A stretch of 64,000 nt of DNA, taken from contig NC_043012.1 in the NCBI RefSeq assembly GCF_006345805.1, positions 42,904,001-42,968,000 on the forward strand, read 5' to 3'. Each line of letters begins with the position of its first letter. The stretch's first letter is position 1. The stretch is from Octopus sinensis (lineage: Eukaryota). This document shows positions 11,398 through 23,908 of this stretch, piece by piece. The notes beneath the pieces are model-generated. The model saw only the letters and a list, made by a program, of their open reading frames with translations. It was not told the DNA's origin and did no database searches. The translations under genes and the position numbers were made by a program.

Positions 11398-12720
11398 ACT
11401 TTGTTAACGCCAACATATCTTCGTCTGTCAGAGTTTCAGAGTGGGAATTGATGAAATTGTTGACCTCATCTTGCGTGAAGTTGTCAAAATATTCACCTCC
11501 AAGTAATTTTGCCAGTTTCAGCACATTGACAGCCTCGTGGTGAATATCTTTGGGAGAGAAGCCCTCGTAGTCCTGACACCCTTTGGCCATGCAATGAGTG
11601 TTTCTTGTTTCATGTCTTTAAGATTGTAGATAACTGACAGGCATGTTGCAATCATGAAATTACGCCAGTACACCTATAACTTGAAATTCTTGTCCATGTT
11701 CATTGCGTCCACAAGGTGTTGGTGAGAGTTCTGAGTATAGAGTGTCTTGATGGCACAGATCACGTCTTGATCGATAGGCTTGATGAGGGAGGTGGTGTTA
11801 GCAGGCAAGAACTCGACCTGGACTCCCTCGTGCTTCAAATCAAAAGAACGCCCACCAGCATTATCCATAGCAAGCAACACTTTGAATTCCATTTATACGT
11901 TTTGGAAGTATTCTTTGGTTTGAGGGATGAAGTCTTGGTGGGAGTAATTCAAAGTTAGAGCTTTGGTAATCCATGTGCATCCGGTGGACAGGCAGGAGGT
12001 TTTTATTTGTATTTTTGAAGGCTCTTGTGTTCTCGGACTTGTAGATAAGTCCTGGTTTTATCATGAAGCCAGCAGCATTGCCACATATAATTAGCACCAC
12101 TCTGTTTTTCTGTGCCTTAAATCCTGGTGCCCTGGCTTCGTCCATCATGTTGTATGTTCTGGAAGGCATCTTCTCCCAGTACAAGCCATTCTTGTCCATA
12201 TTGAAAACCTGTTCCTGCTTGTATCCCTTGTCCTCGATGATCTAACTGAAGGTTCCAAGGTACTTCTTGGTGGCTTCTTTGTCAGCTGATGCTGTCTCTC
12301 CATGCAGGGAAACACACTTTATTTTAAACCTTTTCTGGAAACGGTCAAACCATCCCTTGCTGGTTTGAAAATCTTTGGGCTCTGGTGCTGTCAGTGGTAT
12401 TGGTTGTGGTTCTCCAATACCTTCTGCTCCATCTCCTGCTATAATTTCCGTACTTTCTCGTAGTTGATGTTACCACTCAGTTACTGTTCCATAATGCCAA
12501 GGTAAATTTCATCCTGACAAAGTGTTTATTTCTCACTGTCGTTATCTTTGTGGCACTTTCACAGAAACTTACTGCTACAGTAGACCTAATCACTACCTCA
12601 TTCTTCTTTATGTAGTGTGTCATAACTTTTACCTTCCTGGAGCATGTCCAACAGGTGTACCTTCTCATTGAATGTCGTAACCTTTTTCTGGCGTTTAGGT
12701 TCACTGCCAGAAGCCTTAGG
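11398..12720 (-). mobile_element. Tigger/pogo-family transposase remnant
   Basis: SKGWFDRF (Tc5 HTH), MDKNGLYWEKMPSRTY, GNAAG, LLAMDNAGG, FLPANTTSLIKPIDQDVI. Multiple stops and frameshifts. Confidence 0.9.
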
Positions 12721-13125
12721 TGTAAGGCATTTGGGTGGCATCTTAGGGCTTTAATAACATGCTATGGAAAACACAACACTCAACAAAATATTTGAGATAG
12801 CTACTAGATGCAGGTTTTTCCGAAAAAATGTACAAAAAAAATCTTTCTTGTGTCTAATAGGCACATACGACCAATGGAAGATTGAGCATGCATTAAAAAT
12901 AACCATGATTTTGAAAAATTTAGTTTGCGTTACCACTTGGTAGAGTAATCTATACTCTCATATTTATAATAATAATAAGAGTGAGAGAGGGATATTGCCA
13001 CGAAAGAAGTCAATAAAAAATTGTGGACGATATATTCATGATACCTCAAATATGCAATGGTTTTTGTAAACAAACATTCATTCTGCTAATAACCAGAACC
13101 ACAAATAAGCGGGGGTATAGTGTAT

Positions 13126-13143
13126 ACACACACACACACACAC

Positions 13144-13235
<92 letters not shown>
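13126..13235. repeat. (CA)n-(TA)n-(GA)n compound microsatellite; similar arrays at about 6104-6147, 7470-7529, 14714-14788, 20565-20609, 30114-30147 and 53840-53940
   Basis: Direct reading. Confidence 0.95.
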
Positions 13236-13242
<7 letters not shown>

Positions 13243-13254
13243 ATATATACTCTT

Positions 13255-13640
13255 TACTCTTTTACTTGTTTCAGTCATATTTTACTGTGGCCATGCTGGA
13301 GCATCTCCTTTAGTCGAGCAAATTGACCCCAGGGCTTATTCTTTGTAAGCCCTAGTACTTATTCTATTGGTCTCTTTTGCTGAAATGCTAAGTTACGGGG
13401 ACGTAAACACACCTGCATTGGTTGTCAAGCGATGTTGGGGGGACAAACACAGACACACAAACATATAGACACATATATGACAGTCTTTTTCCAGTTTCCG
13501 TCTACTAAATCCACTCACAAGGCTTTGGTTGGCCTGAGGCTATAGTAGAAGACATTTGCCCAAAGTGCCATGCAGTGGGACTGAACTCAGAACCATGTGG
13601 TTGGTAAGCAAGCTACTTACCACACAGCCACTCCTGCGCC
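13255..13640 (-). mobile_element. tRNA-derived SINE with conserved tail
   Basis: Minus-strand head GGCGCAGGAGTGGCTGTGTGGTAAG...GAGTTCAGTCCC. Same family recurs at about 51190, 52150 and 53960. Confidence 0.75.
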
Positions 13641-13661
13641 TATATATTTTTATTTTAATAC

Positions 13662-14437
13662 TAAAAGGATAAAATTAATTAATCAATAATTAATAATTTT
13701 ACCAAGTAGATTGGTACGTTAAAATAACCTTTTTTGGTAAAAATTATACAAATATTCTATAATTATAAACATAAATTATAATTAGGAGTCAGCTAATTGC
13801 TTCACCACGCACCAAATTTAGAAATAGGATTTAAAATTCCTTTTCTGCTATCGTAAAGATCTCCCAGATAGTAACACACTTTTTTCCATAGGCAAATGGA
13901 AAAATAACGAATCCACACAACTCAGATTAGCTACATACCCGTTTCGGGATTAAAGTAAAGTTATATAGTTACTTACTTATTTCACCCCTTCAGTGCAGCA
14001 TTTCAAATATAAATTTGAGAGTGCCAGGATTAAATATGTATGCGATCAAGCGCCATCGCATAACTGATATCCAACCAACACTTCCAAAAATATGCAGCCG
14101 AATGTAAACACATATTTATCCTTAATACTCACGTGTATGTTATGAGCAATCCCGCAGAAACTGCAGTTTTCAATGAGGGTGTAATTATAATTTCAATATT
14201 AATCATAAAAGGGTAAAATTAATTAATTAATAATTAATTATTTTACCAAGTAGATCAGTACGTTAAAATAACCCTTTTTAGGTAAAAATTATACAAATAT
14301 TCTATAATTATAAACATAATTATAATTAGGGGTCAGCTAATTACTTCACCATGCACCGAATTAAAATTCCTTTTCTGCTACCGTAAAGATCTCCCAGATA
14401 GTAACACACAATAATTAATAATTTTACCAAGTAGATC
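13662..14437. repeat. Two ~200-220 bp direct repeats (13662-13879, 14206-14408) around a ~325 bp core, plus a third partial copy
   Basis: Direct alignment by eye. Confidence 0.85.
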
Positions 14438-14708
14438 ATTATAATGTTAGTTCTCAGCAGAGGATCTTGCTGATACTCTAGGTTAAAAGGGTAGCTTGTC
14501 TCATACAACTCCTGAGAAATGAAACATTGAATGCAATTCAAAATGATTCAAGTGTATAGCATAAATACAGTGATTACTATGATATATTAAATTATATTAT
14601 GATATAGGTGGCCCCTTAGCAATTAAAATGTAAAGGCAAGTTAGTCAATGAAGGTACAAACTAGTAGCAGCAATTGCTAGAAATAAGAATGAAAAATGTA
14701 CATGTATG

Positions 14709-14784
<76 letters not shown>

Positions 14785-14787
<3 letters not shown>

Positions 14788-15340
14788 ATTCAGGCTGAAT
14801 TCCTGGTGGGCTGTTAAGAGTTTGTTTATGAGGTGCTGCATTTGCTTCTCATAGTGTGCTGCCAATACTACATTGTCCACAAACAACATTTCTCTGATGA
14901 GTATTTGATGAATCTGGATTTTGCTTTCAGCCTTGACAGACCAGATAGTTTCCTGTTTGATTTGATGTGGGGGTAGGCACCATCAGTTGACACTACAACT
15001 GCATTATTCAGCATCACTGCAAAGGGGATGCCAAACAGGGTGAGTGCAAAGACATAGCCCTGCTTTTCACCACTGCATATGTTGAATGCCTCCAATGAAA
15101 AGCCATCAAATTGAATGACACCTTCCATATCTAACTGAAATGATTGGACTATCCTGAGAAATCTTGGAGGACATTCAATCTTGGCAAGGATTTTGAATAG
15201 GCCATCTATTAACTAGCTCGAAATCCTTTGTGAGATGAATAAAGTTGATGTAGAGTGGTTGCCTTTGTTGTCAGCACTTCTGTAACTGTCAAAAAGAGAG
15301 GATCATGTTGAGATTCATGATATCCCCTCTCAGCAATTTT
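14785..15340 (-). mobile_element. Second RTE-clade (BovB-like) RT fragment
   Basis: SGEKQGYVFALTLFG...LFVDNVVLAAH, a decayed GVKQGCVLAPTLF / LFADDAAL. Confidence 0.7.
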
Positions 15341-15849
15341 ATGTAGTCTGTTATTATATATTTATATAATTATAATTATCATTAAAACCCACAAGTTTTG
15401 TGAAATACAGCTGCCCAGGGTTTCTTGGTTGAAATATTAATTCATTTTGCCATTTATCAAGCTATTTAATATGACAAGACAGTTTAACTGTTTTGAATGC
15501 ACATATAGAAAAAGACAGAGGAAAACAACTGTTTAGCAAACATAACCAGTATCTTACATATATCAAAATAATTTCAACCGGACTGCAATGGTTTATTATG
15601 TATCCAGTGGTCTATTTTTAATTTCTGCTAAGCTGTAATTTTTAAAATGCAGACATAAACGAAAAATTTTGTTTCTGGAATTTATACAGTGATTGGAGGT
15701 TAATAAGGTTTTAAGTTTTTGAAAAATATATATATAATTTTTTGTATATACAGGGTGTGTAAGATATTTGAGGACAGATTTATGTTTATAAAAAAACCCC
15801 AGATATATAATGAGAGCACAAACCTTTGCCATGGTCACACCAACATCCT

Positions 15850-16185
15850 CTCAACGATTAGCCAGAGATGATTTTTAAAATGAGAATATCTGAAATAAAT
15901 TTGACTGCTCTCACAAACAAGAATACTAAAAGTGAACCTGACGGCTCTCAAAAATTAAGTAAAAAAAAAAAAAACAGGAAAAAAAAATCTAGAATCCTTG
16001 TTGGGTACTGGATTGATCCCAAAATTAATCAATTCATGCCAGTCATGAGGCCAAAGATTCCTGAAAGTTTTATTCGAATCCATCCAGCGGTTCTTGAGAT
16101 ATTTTGTCCATGGACAAACAAACAAATAAATGTGACTGAAAATAATACCTCTGCCTTAGCGAAGGCAGAGGTAATAACAGATAAT
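15850..16185 (+). mobile_element. Possible non-autonomous Helitron/Helentron-type insertion ending in a 12-bp hairpin
   Basis: Perfect stem TACCTCTGCCTT-AGCG-AAGGCAGAGGTA at 16146-16173. The sequence is foreign to the mariner transposase; class assignment is inference. Confidence 0.4.
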
Positions 16186-16800
16186 AACTTTATTTATCAA
16201 AAAATTGCTATGAGGATAAAATTAAACCTTGTTTTCTATAATGTTATTCAACAAAGCCACTTTCAGCTTCAACAACTACTTCTATATGAGATCTAAATCA
16301 TCTATACGTTCGAATCAAGTGGTCCTGGTTCATTTTGTCATTACTCTGATATGGCAGCTTTCAAAGATATGTATTAGTCCAATGGCTTGAAATCTGGGGA
16401 ATTAGGAGGCCAAATGTTAGGGGTTATGTGATCATGAAAATTTTCAACCATCCATTCCTGTATTACTAGATCCATGTGTGATAGTGCAGAGTTTTACTGA
16501 AACACATATGGCCTTCCATTACATACACTGTCTATCCAGGGCTTAATAATTATTTCCAGGACCTCAATGTAGGCGGCCTTGTGGAAAGAAGTAAGGAGGC
16601 ATCACATGTCCTTCATTACTGACAAACCCTAAAACCATGACAGTTGCAGGAAATTTTGTATGCATAACACCTAGAACTTCAGAAGGGCCTGCACATAACT
16701 ATCTGTCATTTCATCTGTTAACTTTTTGATCTTGGTTGAAGTTTTTCTTGTTTGAGAAAAATCAAATCAAATCTTCTGCTGGATTTTACAGTTTGTTTAA

Positions 16801-19330
16801 CCCTTTCGTTACTATATTTCTGACCAAAATACACCCCTTATGTGTTTCAATTAATTTCTAACATAATCATAAATTTAGTCTGGTTTCATTAACCCTTTCG
16901 TTACCAAACCGCCCAAAGCCGCCCGAAAATAATTTTGGTTAATGTGACCAAACCGCCCGAATTTACCTATTCATATTTAAATGAGAATATCAGAGCAAAT
17001 CTCTTTAGTACATTCGTGAAAACACGTATTATACTTCGTAAACAGTTCAACTACAGTTTTGTACAAAAATCGAAGTGTAATTTTAATTCCGTCAATTTTG
17101 AGAGATTTTTTTCCGAAATTTGTTCCTATTGTGTTTTCAAAATTTGTAATTCTGACAAAAAATGGATACGAATTTCATTATATCAAGCAGCGAGTCAGAA
17201 TTCGAAGGATTTTCTACTGAAGACCTTCATAAATCTAACTCTATGATTGAAAAAAAAAAAGCACATGGTATTTGATAATGAATCTGATGTTTCATTTTCC
17301 GAAAGTGAAAACAGTGAATTCGAGAGCTCCGACAGCGATAAAGAAAACGAATTGGCACCTGAATGGAATGAAAATTTAAAAACTGTTTCTTTCGGTGATT
17401 TTTCTGAAGAAACTGGACCAAGCCACAGACTTTCCCAGAGGAGTAAAGCCTTAGACTATTTCTTTTTACTTTTTCGAATGAGCCTATTTGAAATCATTAC
17501 GGTGAAAACCAACCGTTACGCTAAACGTAAACAAAGCGAAAGAAACGATAGTTTGTGGTTTCCCATAACCTTAAATGAAATTAAGACTATTTTGCCGTAA
17601 ATATTATTATGGGTATCAGAAAGTTACCCAGAATAACAAATTCTATCGTAAAATTTTGTTGTATACCCAATTGAATATTAGCTAATAACCCATTTTCTAT
17701 AGCGATGTTTGAACAAAATTTTAATTTTATATTTTGTTGAATTTACCTGTATCTACCTGCAATTAGAGTCACTTTGTGACAAAAATTATAGTATAGAATT
17801 GGTTGAGAATATTTCATTAAATTATCTTCCAAAAATCAGATTAATATATTGATAAATAAAAAAGTTATAGTTGTTTAATGAAACCAGACTAAATTTATGA
17901 TTACGTTAGAAATTAATTGAAATACATAAGGGGTGTATTTTGGTCAGAAATATAGTAACGAAAGGGTTAAACAACTATAACTTTTTTATTTATCAATATA
18001 TTAACGGGAATTTTGGAAGATAATTTAATGAAATGTTCTCAACCAATTCTATACTATAATTTTTGTCACAAAGTGACTCTAATTGCAGGTAGATACAGGT
18101 AAATTCAACAAAATATAAAATTATTAAAATTTTGTTCAAACATCGCTATAGAAAATGGGTTATTAGCTAATATTCAATTGGGTATACAACAAAATTTTAC
18201 GATAGAATTTGTTATTCTGGGTAACTTTATGATACCCATAATAATATTTATGGCAAAATAGTCTTAATTTCATTTAAGGTTATGGGAAACCACTAACTAT
18301 CTTTTCCTTCGCTTTGTTTACGTTTAGCGTAACGGTTCGTTTCCGCCGTAATGATTTCAAATAGGCTCATTCGAAAAAGTAAAAAGAAATAGTCTAAGGC
18401 TTTACTCTTCTGGGAAAGTCTGTGGCTTGGTCCAGTTTCTTCAGAAAGTGACTCTAATTGCAGGTAGATACAGGTAAATTCAACAAAATATAAAATTATT
18501 AAAATTTTGTTCAAACATCGCTATAGAAAATGGGTTATTAACTAATATTCAATTGGGTATACAACAAAATTTTACGATAGAATTTGTTATTCTGGGTAAC
18601 TTTATGATACCCATAATAATATTTATGGCAAAATAGTCTTAATTTCATTTAAGGTTGTGGGAAACCACAAAGTATCCTTTCTTTCGCTTTGTTTACATTT
18701 TGCGTAACGGTTCGTTTCCGCCGTAATGATTTCAAATAGGCTCATTCGAAAAAGTAAAAAGAAATAGTCTAAGGCTTTACTCTTCTGGGAAAGTCTGTGG
18801 CTTGGTCCAGTTTCTTCAGAAAAATCACCGAAAGAAACAGTTTTTAAATTTTCACTCCATTCAGGTGCCAATTCATTTTCTTTATCGCTGTCGGAGCTCT
18901 TGGATTCACTGTTTTCACTTTCGGAAAATGAAACATCAGATTCATTATCAAATACCATGTGCTTTTTTTTTTTCAGTCATAGAGTTAGATTTATGAAGGT
19001 CTTCAGTAGAAAATCCTTCGAATTCTGACTCGCTGCTTGATATAATGAAATTCGTATCCATTTTTTGTCAGAATTACAAATTTTGAAAACACAATAGGAA
19101 CAAATTTCGGAAAAAAATCTCCCAAAATTGACGGAATTAAAATTACACTTCGATTTTTGTACAAAACTGTAGTTGAACTCTTTATGAAGTATAATACATA
19201 TTTTCACGAATGTACTAAAGAGATTTGCTCTGATATTCTCATTTAAATATGAATAGGTAAATTCGAGCGGTTTTGGGCGGCTTGGTCACATTAACCAAAA
19301 TTTTTTTCGGCCGGTTTGGTAACGAAAGGG
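16801..19330 (-). mobile_element. Non-autonomous piggyBac deletion derivative (outer copy) with a 375-bp internal tandem duplication
   Basis: TTAA target duplication (16797-16800 and 19331-19334), CCCTTTCGTTAC TIRs, acidic N-terminus plus LFEIITAETNRYA transposase fragment. Confidence 0.9.
16893..17966 (+). mobile_element. Non-autonomous piggyBac derivative (inner copy, same family, opposite orientation)
   Basis: TTAA at 16889-16892 and 17967-17970, same TIRs, ORF 17247-17600 is a piggyBac transposase N-terminus. Confidence 0.9.
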
Positions 19331-19816
19331 TTAAGAGCCTTTTAGATTTGATATAGTGATTTTCTTTTGCTTTTTCTGACAACTTGACCTTTCCTCATCA
19401 TATAAGACTTTTCGTGGACCATTCCCTCTAACACATGGAGATCTTTTGCAACTGATCTCATGGACTTTCTGGGATTGTAATCAATGGCCTGTTGCTGGAT
19501 AAATTCAGGTGTTCTGATGATTTCCGAGTGTTTAGAGTGCTGTTTATGCTTTGATACTGGTGATACATTTCCGTCTTCAGTCTGTAGCTCCTTACAAACT
19601 TTGTACATGATAAATGTAGCAACTTTTCAAAATCGAGATATTTCTAATTCGCTATGCTCAGCCTTTATAACCTCAATAACAACATGCTTCTTCATTATTA
19701 TTATTTTCTGAAACAAAAATTATACAGATTTAGATAAAAATGTAGCAATGACTCAAAAAAAATATGTCTTCAAATATCTTACTCACCTTGTATAAATATA
19801 TGTTTTTGAATTGCAG

Positions 19817-19895
19817 TTATGGACAATTGTGATATCAGTTTAAAAGTACAGGCAACTTCAGAACCAGACACGAACAAGAAAAATGTGGTTATATG
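19817..19895 (+). CDS. Myb: Myb exon a: (x)MDNCDISLKVQATSEPDTNKKNVVI
   Basis: ttgcag acceptor, gtaaat donor, open frame, phase 2 matches the next exon. No conserved motif of its own. Confidence 0.7.
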
Positions 19896-19981
19896 GTAAA
19901 TATATTTCTTTCTTTCTTTTCTACTTTTTGAAAAAGATATGAATTATTTTATAAAACTTAGTGCTTTTTCTTTTCTTACAG

Positions 19982-20115
19982 TTCATCTGATACCAGTACT
20001 TGTGGTGAAGATGTGGACAGTGGACTTATAGATTTCAACTCATTAGATCTGAATGATGTGACAGAAGATGATCCGAGTGTAACACCTAATAAATTTACAG
20101 GCTTAAATAAAAAAG
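19982..20115 (+). CDS. Myb: Myb exon b: CSSDTSTCGEDVDSGLIDFNSLDLNDVTEDDPSVTPNKFTGLNKK
   Basis: Strong polypyrimidine tract with cag, gtaaaa donor, phases 2/1 consistent with neighbours. Confidence 0.85.
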
Positions 20116-20560
20116 GTAAAAATAAATTTATTTTAATTAGTGTGAAGTGGAATAGTAACACCAGTTATCTTTTCAGTTCTGTCAATGGAATAAATGCTGT
20201 TTAGAATTATATAAAAATATTTGTTACTCATAAAATTACAATTTGTAATGTATATTATACTAGAATTCAAAATTGTAGTATATTATACTAGAACTCAAAA
20301 TTACTTGTCTTGCCAGTTACGGATCTTTACCTTTTGACTGGCAGATTTAGAAAATAATTTTTTGTAACTAAACAGTCAAACTTTGTATACTGGTAGAATG
20401 TGTCATATAAAACATCTTTTACTCTTAGCGTTTTTGAGAAAAGTTTTTTATTTATGAAGTTATTTTGTGTTAAAGTTGTCGTATTTCGGTAATTTCAACC
20501 AATCCATGATGTATATTCAGCTGAATAAAATTACTGCTGTTGTTTGTCAACAACTTCCGG

Positions 20561-20609
<49 letters not shown>

Positions 20610-21667
20610 CCACCCAATTAATGGCTCATATTTTAATCATTCAAATAATCCCGGGAACCAGCTCTAGGTTTGTTAGACCTCTTTAACGAAGCATTTACTT
20701 CACTATATTTACCAAATTAGTTTTGAGAGAATGATGTATAAGTATGGAAATGAACTTATCTTCAAAAAATAAATCATCCTGGAAATTATTCACATCATGT
20801 ACAATTGTTACATGAATGTCATCATCATAAATATGTTTGCTTTTCCAAGTTGCTACCATCCTATTGACCGAGGTTGCCGTGGTCTTTTCTGTAGGCTTTT
20901 CTTTCCACGGATAAACCTTATCTGCTCCATCCTTTACACTTTACATCATGACATTTCTGTGATACACGATCCCTATTGATTATTTTTTTCTTTCCCTTTT
21001 TTTCTTTTCTTTCCCTTTTACGATCACTTTTGATCAAAAACCTACATCACTTATTTTTTTCTCCCCAAGAAGAAAAAGCTCTACTTTGTAATCTGTCCTG
21101 TCTGTGTGCAGCCCTGTGTGGCTAATAAAGAAACATATTATACTAGAAATAGCAAGCACATCATGTGGATATATTTTAAAGGTATACAGCGTACAAAAGA
21201 GCCACATTGATAAATTTACCAGTGTAGCGATTTTTTTTGTGTTCCTGTTCATCATATAAGCTAAAATAATAAGAACAGTGGAGCTTATTGCAAAGGAATT
21301 AACTATTGAAAATATGTAAAGAGAGAGAGAGAGGCATTAAACAATTGTGTCTCGCTGTAAAATTTTTGAAACCCATTTGCATTTAATTAAAATTAATTGT
21401 CTAGCTGAAAAAAACTTAAAGGCCACATTTTGATAAAAAAGAAGAAATATTAATATTTTCATTTTTAATTATTTTCTAAGTTAATGGAAACTTTAATAAT
21501 TGCTTTCTTTTAGTAAAAGTTACATTATTCCATCTAACTAATAAGCAGCTCTCTCCATTTATAGTACAGGCATTATAAAATTGTTTGTTATAAAATTTTA
21601 TTTTTTAACCCAAAAAAGAATTTACCCTGTAATTCTCTTTGTCAAAATTCTTTTGGTCATTTAGCAG

Positions 21668-21798
21668 ATCTTCGGTTTGATGGCAGAGCCATTGATAAAT
21701 TAAAGTCCCCAGGGCGTTTGATACCAATTGTTTCTAAAGTGGCTTCTAAACTTTCTACACCACCAACAATACTTCGGAGAGGTAAACATCAGAAAAAG
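21668..21798 (+). CDS. Myb: Myb exon c: DLRFDGRAIDKLKSPGRLIPIVSKVASKLSTPPTILRRGKHQKK
   Basis: STPPxILR motif of Myb proteins. TAGCAG acceptor, gtaatt donor, phases 1/0. Confidence 0.9.
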
Positions 21799-23908
21799 GT
21801 AATTGATTCAATCCAAAACAGGTTGAAAATGTTTGAAATGTATAATTATTTTTGTATTTAGTATTTCAAATTTATTAATCAGTATATTCCCGTAAGTGGA
21901 ATGTTCGGTGTGCTGTTGTTGTCTCAGTCAAGTCACTGCATTCAGTCTTAAACAGCTTGTTATACAGATTCTTGTTTTATTTCTCTTTAACATCTGTCTT
22001 GTATTCATTCTGTTTTATTGTATTATATGCAATTTACCCAAAAAGACAGTTTTCTGTTGATGATAGCTATTTGTTTACTCACTTTTATGTTAAGTATATT
22101 CCATATGTTTCATTTCATTGTGAAATAATCAAAAATCCATACTGGTTTTGTAAAACAGCCTGAAGTTATTTATTTATTAATAAATAAATATATTTGAATA
22201 CAAGTTAGCAACAAATGGTCTTAACATAAATATTTGGGAGGATTTTTCTCAGAAAACTACTACAGTTACAGCTAAATGCATTGAAATGTAAAATTATTTC
22301 TTATGAAATGAATTCACCTGACATGTAAAAAGGAATGGTCATGCACATTCTGAATTTTCACTTCAACTTGAGTAAATATAAACAGATACTTAATATAATA
22401 GGCAGAGGTGTTGCTATGTGGTTAAGAAGCTTACATTCCAACCATGTAGTTTGGGGTTGAGTTTAATATTACTGTAGAGTTACTATCACTATCTGAAATT
22501 GAAACATCTGCTATTGCTTCTTCTTTTGAAAATCTTGATCATTGTCTGTTGCACTTGTCTGTAGCTTTCTTTTTCTGAAAGGCTCCTGTGTCTTTATGTA
22601 TTGTGAAGAATTTCTGCTGCTTTCTATTCCAAATTGAATTCTCAATAAAATCACTCAAATTTGGGTAGGGTGGGGCCCTATTTTAAGCATGATAATCTGA
22701 AATAAACAAAAATACACAGTGAAAACAAAACTTGTAGCATAAAATAATGGGCTGAAATCTATACTTCCATATGAGCAAAATCAAATAAAGTTAATTCCAA
22801 AATAAGCACCAAAGTTTAGAATAAGAAAAATTATAATTATGGTGGTACAGATACTATGGATTGTCCAAGTAAAGCATTTGATAGATACCATGCTGTGTAG
22901 AATTCATAGAAAACTTTGTGTTGATTTACGTTGAGGGATGAAAGAAAGAAATGATTCAAGCAGTTACTGTTTGTCTGAGAGAAAATATAAAAGTGACTTC
23001 ACATTAGTGACAAAATTGTGAATATGAAACAAAGTAGTGAGGCTTAATGTGGAGTGAAGGAGATAAAAGGCAATGAACAGTGTGTGCTGCAAGTAGGGTG
23101 AAGAGTAATGTGGGATGAAATTAAATGAGCAGGGTGGGAGGTGGGGACACATGTTTGTAACAAGATTAAGTTGAGATAAATGATAGTATTGAGAATGTAT
23201 AGAAGCGAACATGTGGACAATAATAAGAATAAGAGAGAGACACACACATAAGAAGAAGAGGTGGTCTTAGAGGAAGCTTTCAGAAAAATTAAATCAGTAA
23301 GGAGTAGTAAAGAAACCAATGAATAAAGAGGTAGTAAACTGTGGTTGGAATAGCAATGGGAAATTTGACTAAAGTTCAGAGTATAAGTAATGCTTAATTT
23401 ATTCAATAGAACTAACATCCAAAAATTTCTTAAATATTCAAATCAGTCTACCTGATTTAGTTGAATCCTAATCTGAGTGGCTTTAAATAGAATTTTTCAG
23501 TGAGAGTTGAAGTAGGTAGTGTTATGACACTTGGAACTATATTCTAGTCAATCACCTTTTACTGCTCATAGTGAAATTGTATAAACATGACAAGCATTTG
23601 CAACTGTCTTATGTATCTAATAAATGTATTTGATTTATAAATGTAGCAGTTACTAAAATTTATGAATATACTCCATAGTAAAGTTGAATATTGTATTTTA
23701 ACAATTCATATAATTTTGTTAAATATATTTTGATACAAATTAATGTCATTGAGAATTTCTAAACATATTTTGAGGAATATTCAAAAAGAATTCTTATAAG
23801 GATATGGCACATAAGTGGTGTATATAACATGAGAAACACTGTAAAAATAATAAGAAATCAGCTACCTATATTTCCTATTACAATAATGTATTTGTCTATA
23901 TTTTTCAG

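Larger units (their letters stand above)
15751..19790 (-). mobile_element. DDD-type Tc1/mariner (maT-like) element, interrupted by nested insertions
   Basis: TA-flanked 31-bp TIRs (CAGGGTGTGTAAGATATTTGAGGAC / CAAGGTGAGTAAGATATTTGAAGAC). N-terminal RTPEFIQ...NPRKSMRSVAKDL at 19340-19610. Catalytic region with WPPNSPDFKPLD at 16340-16797. Confidence 0.85.
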
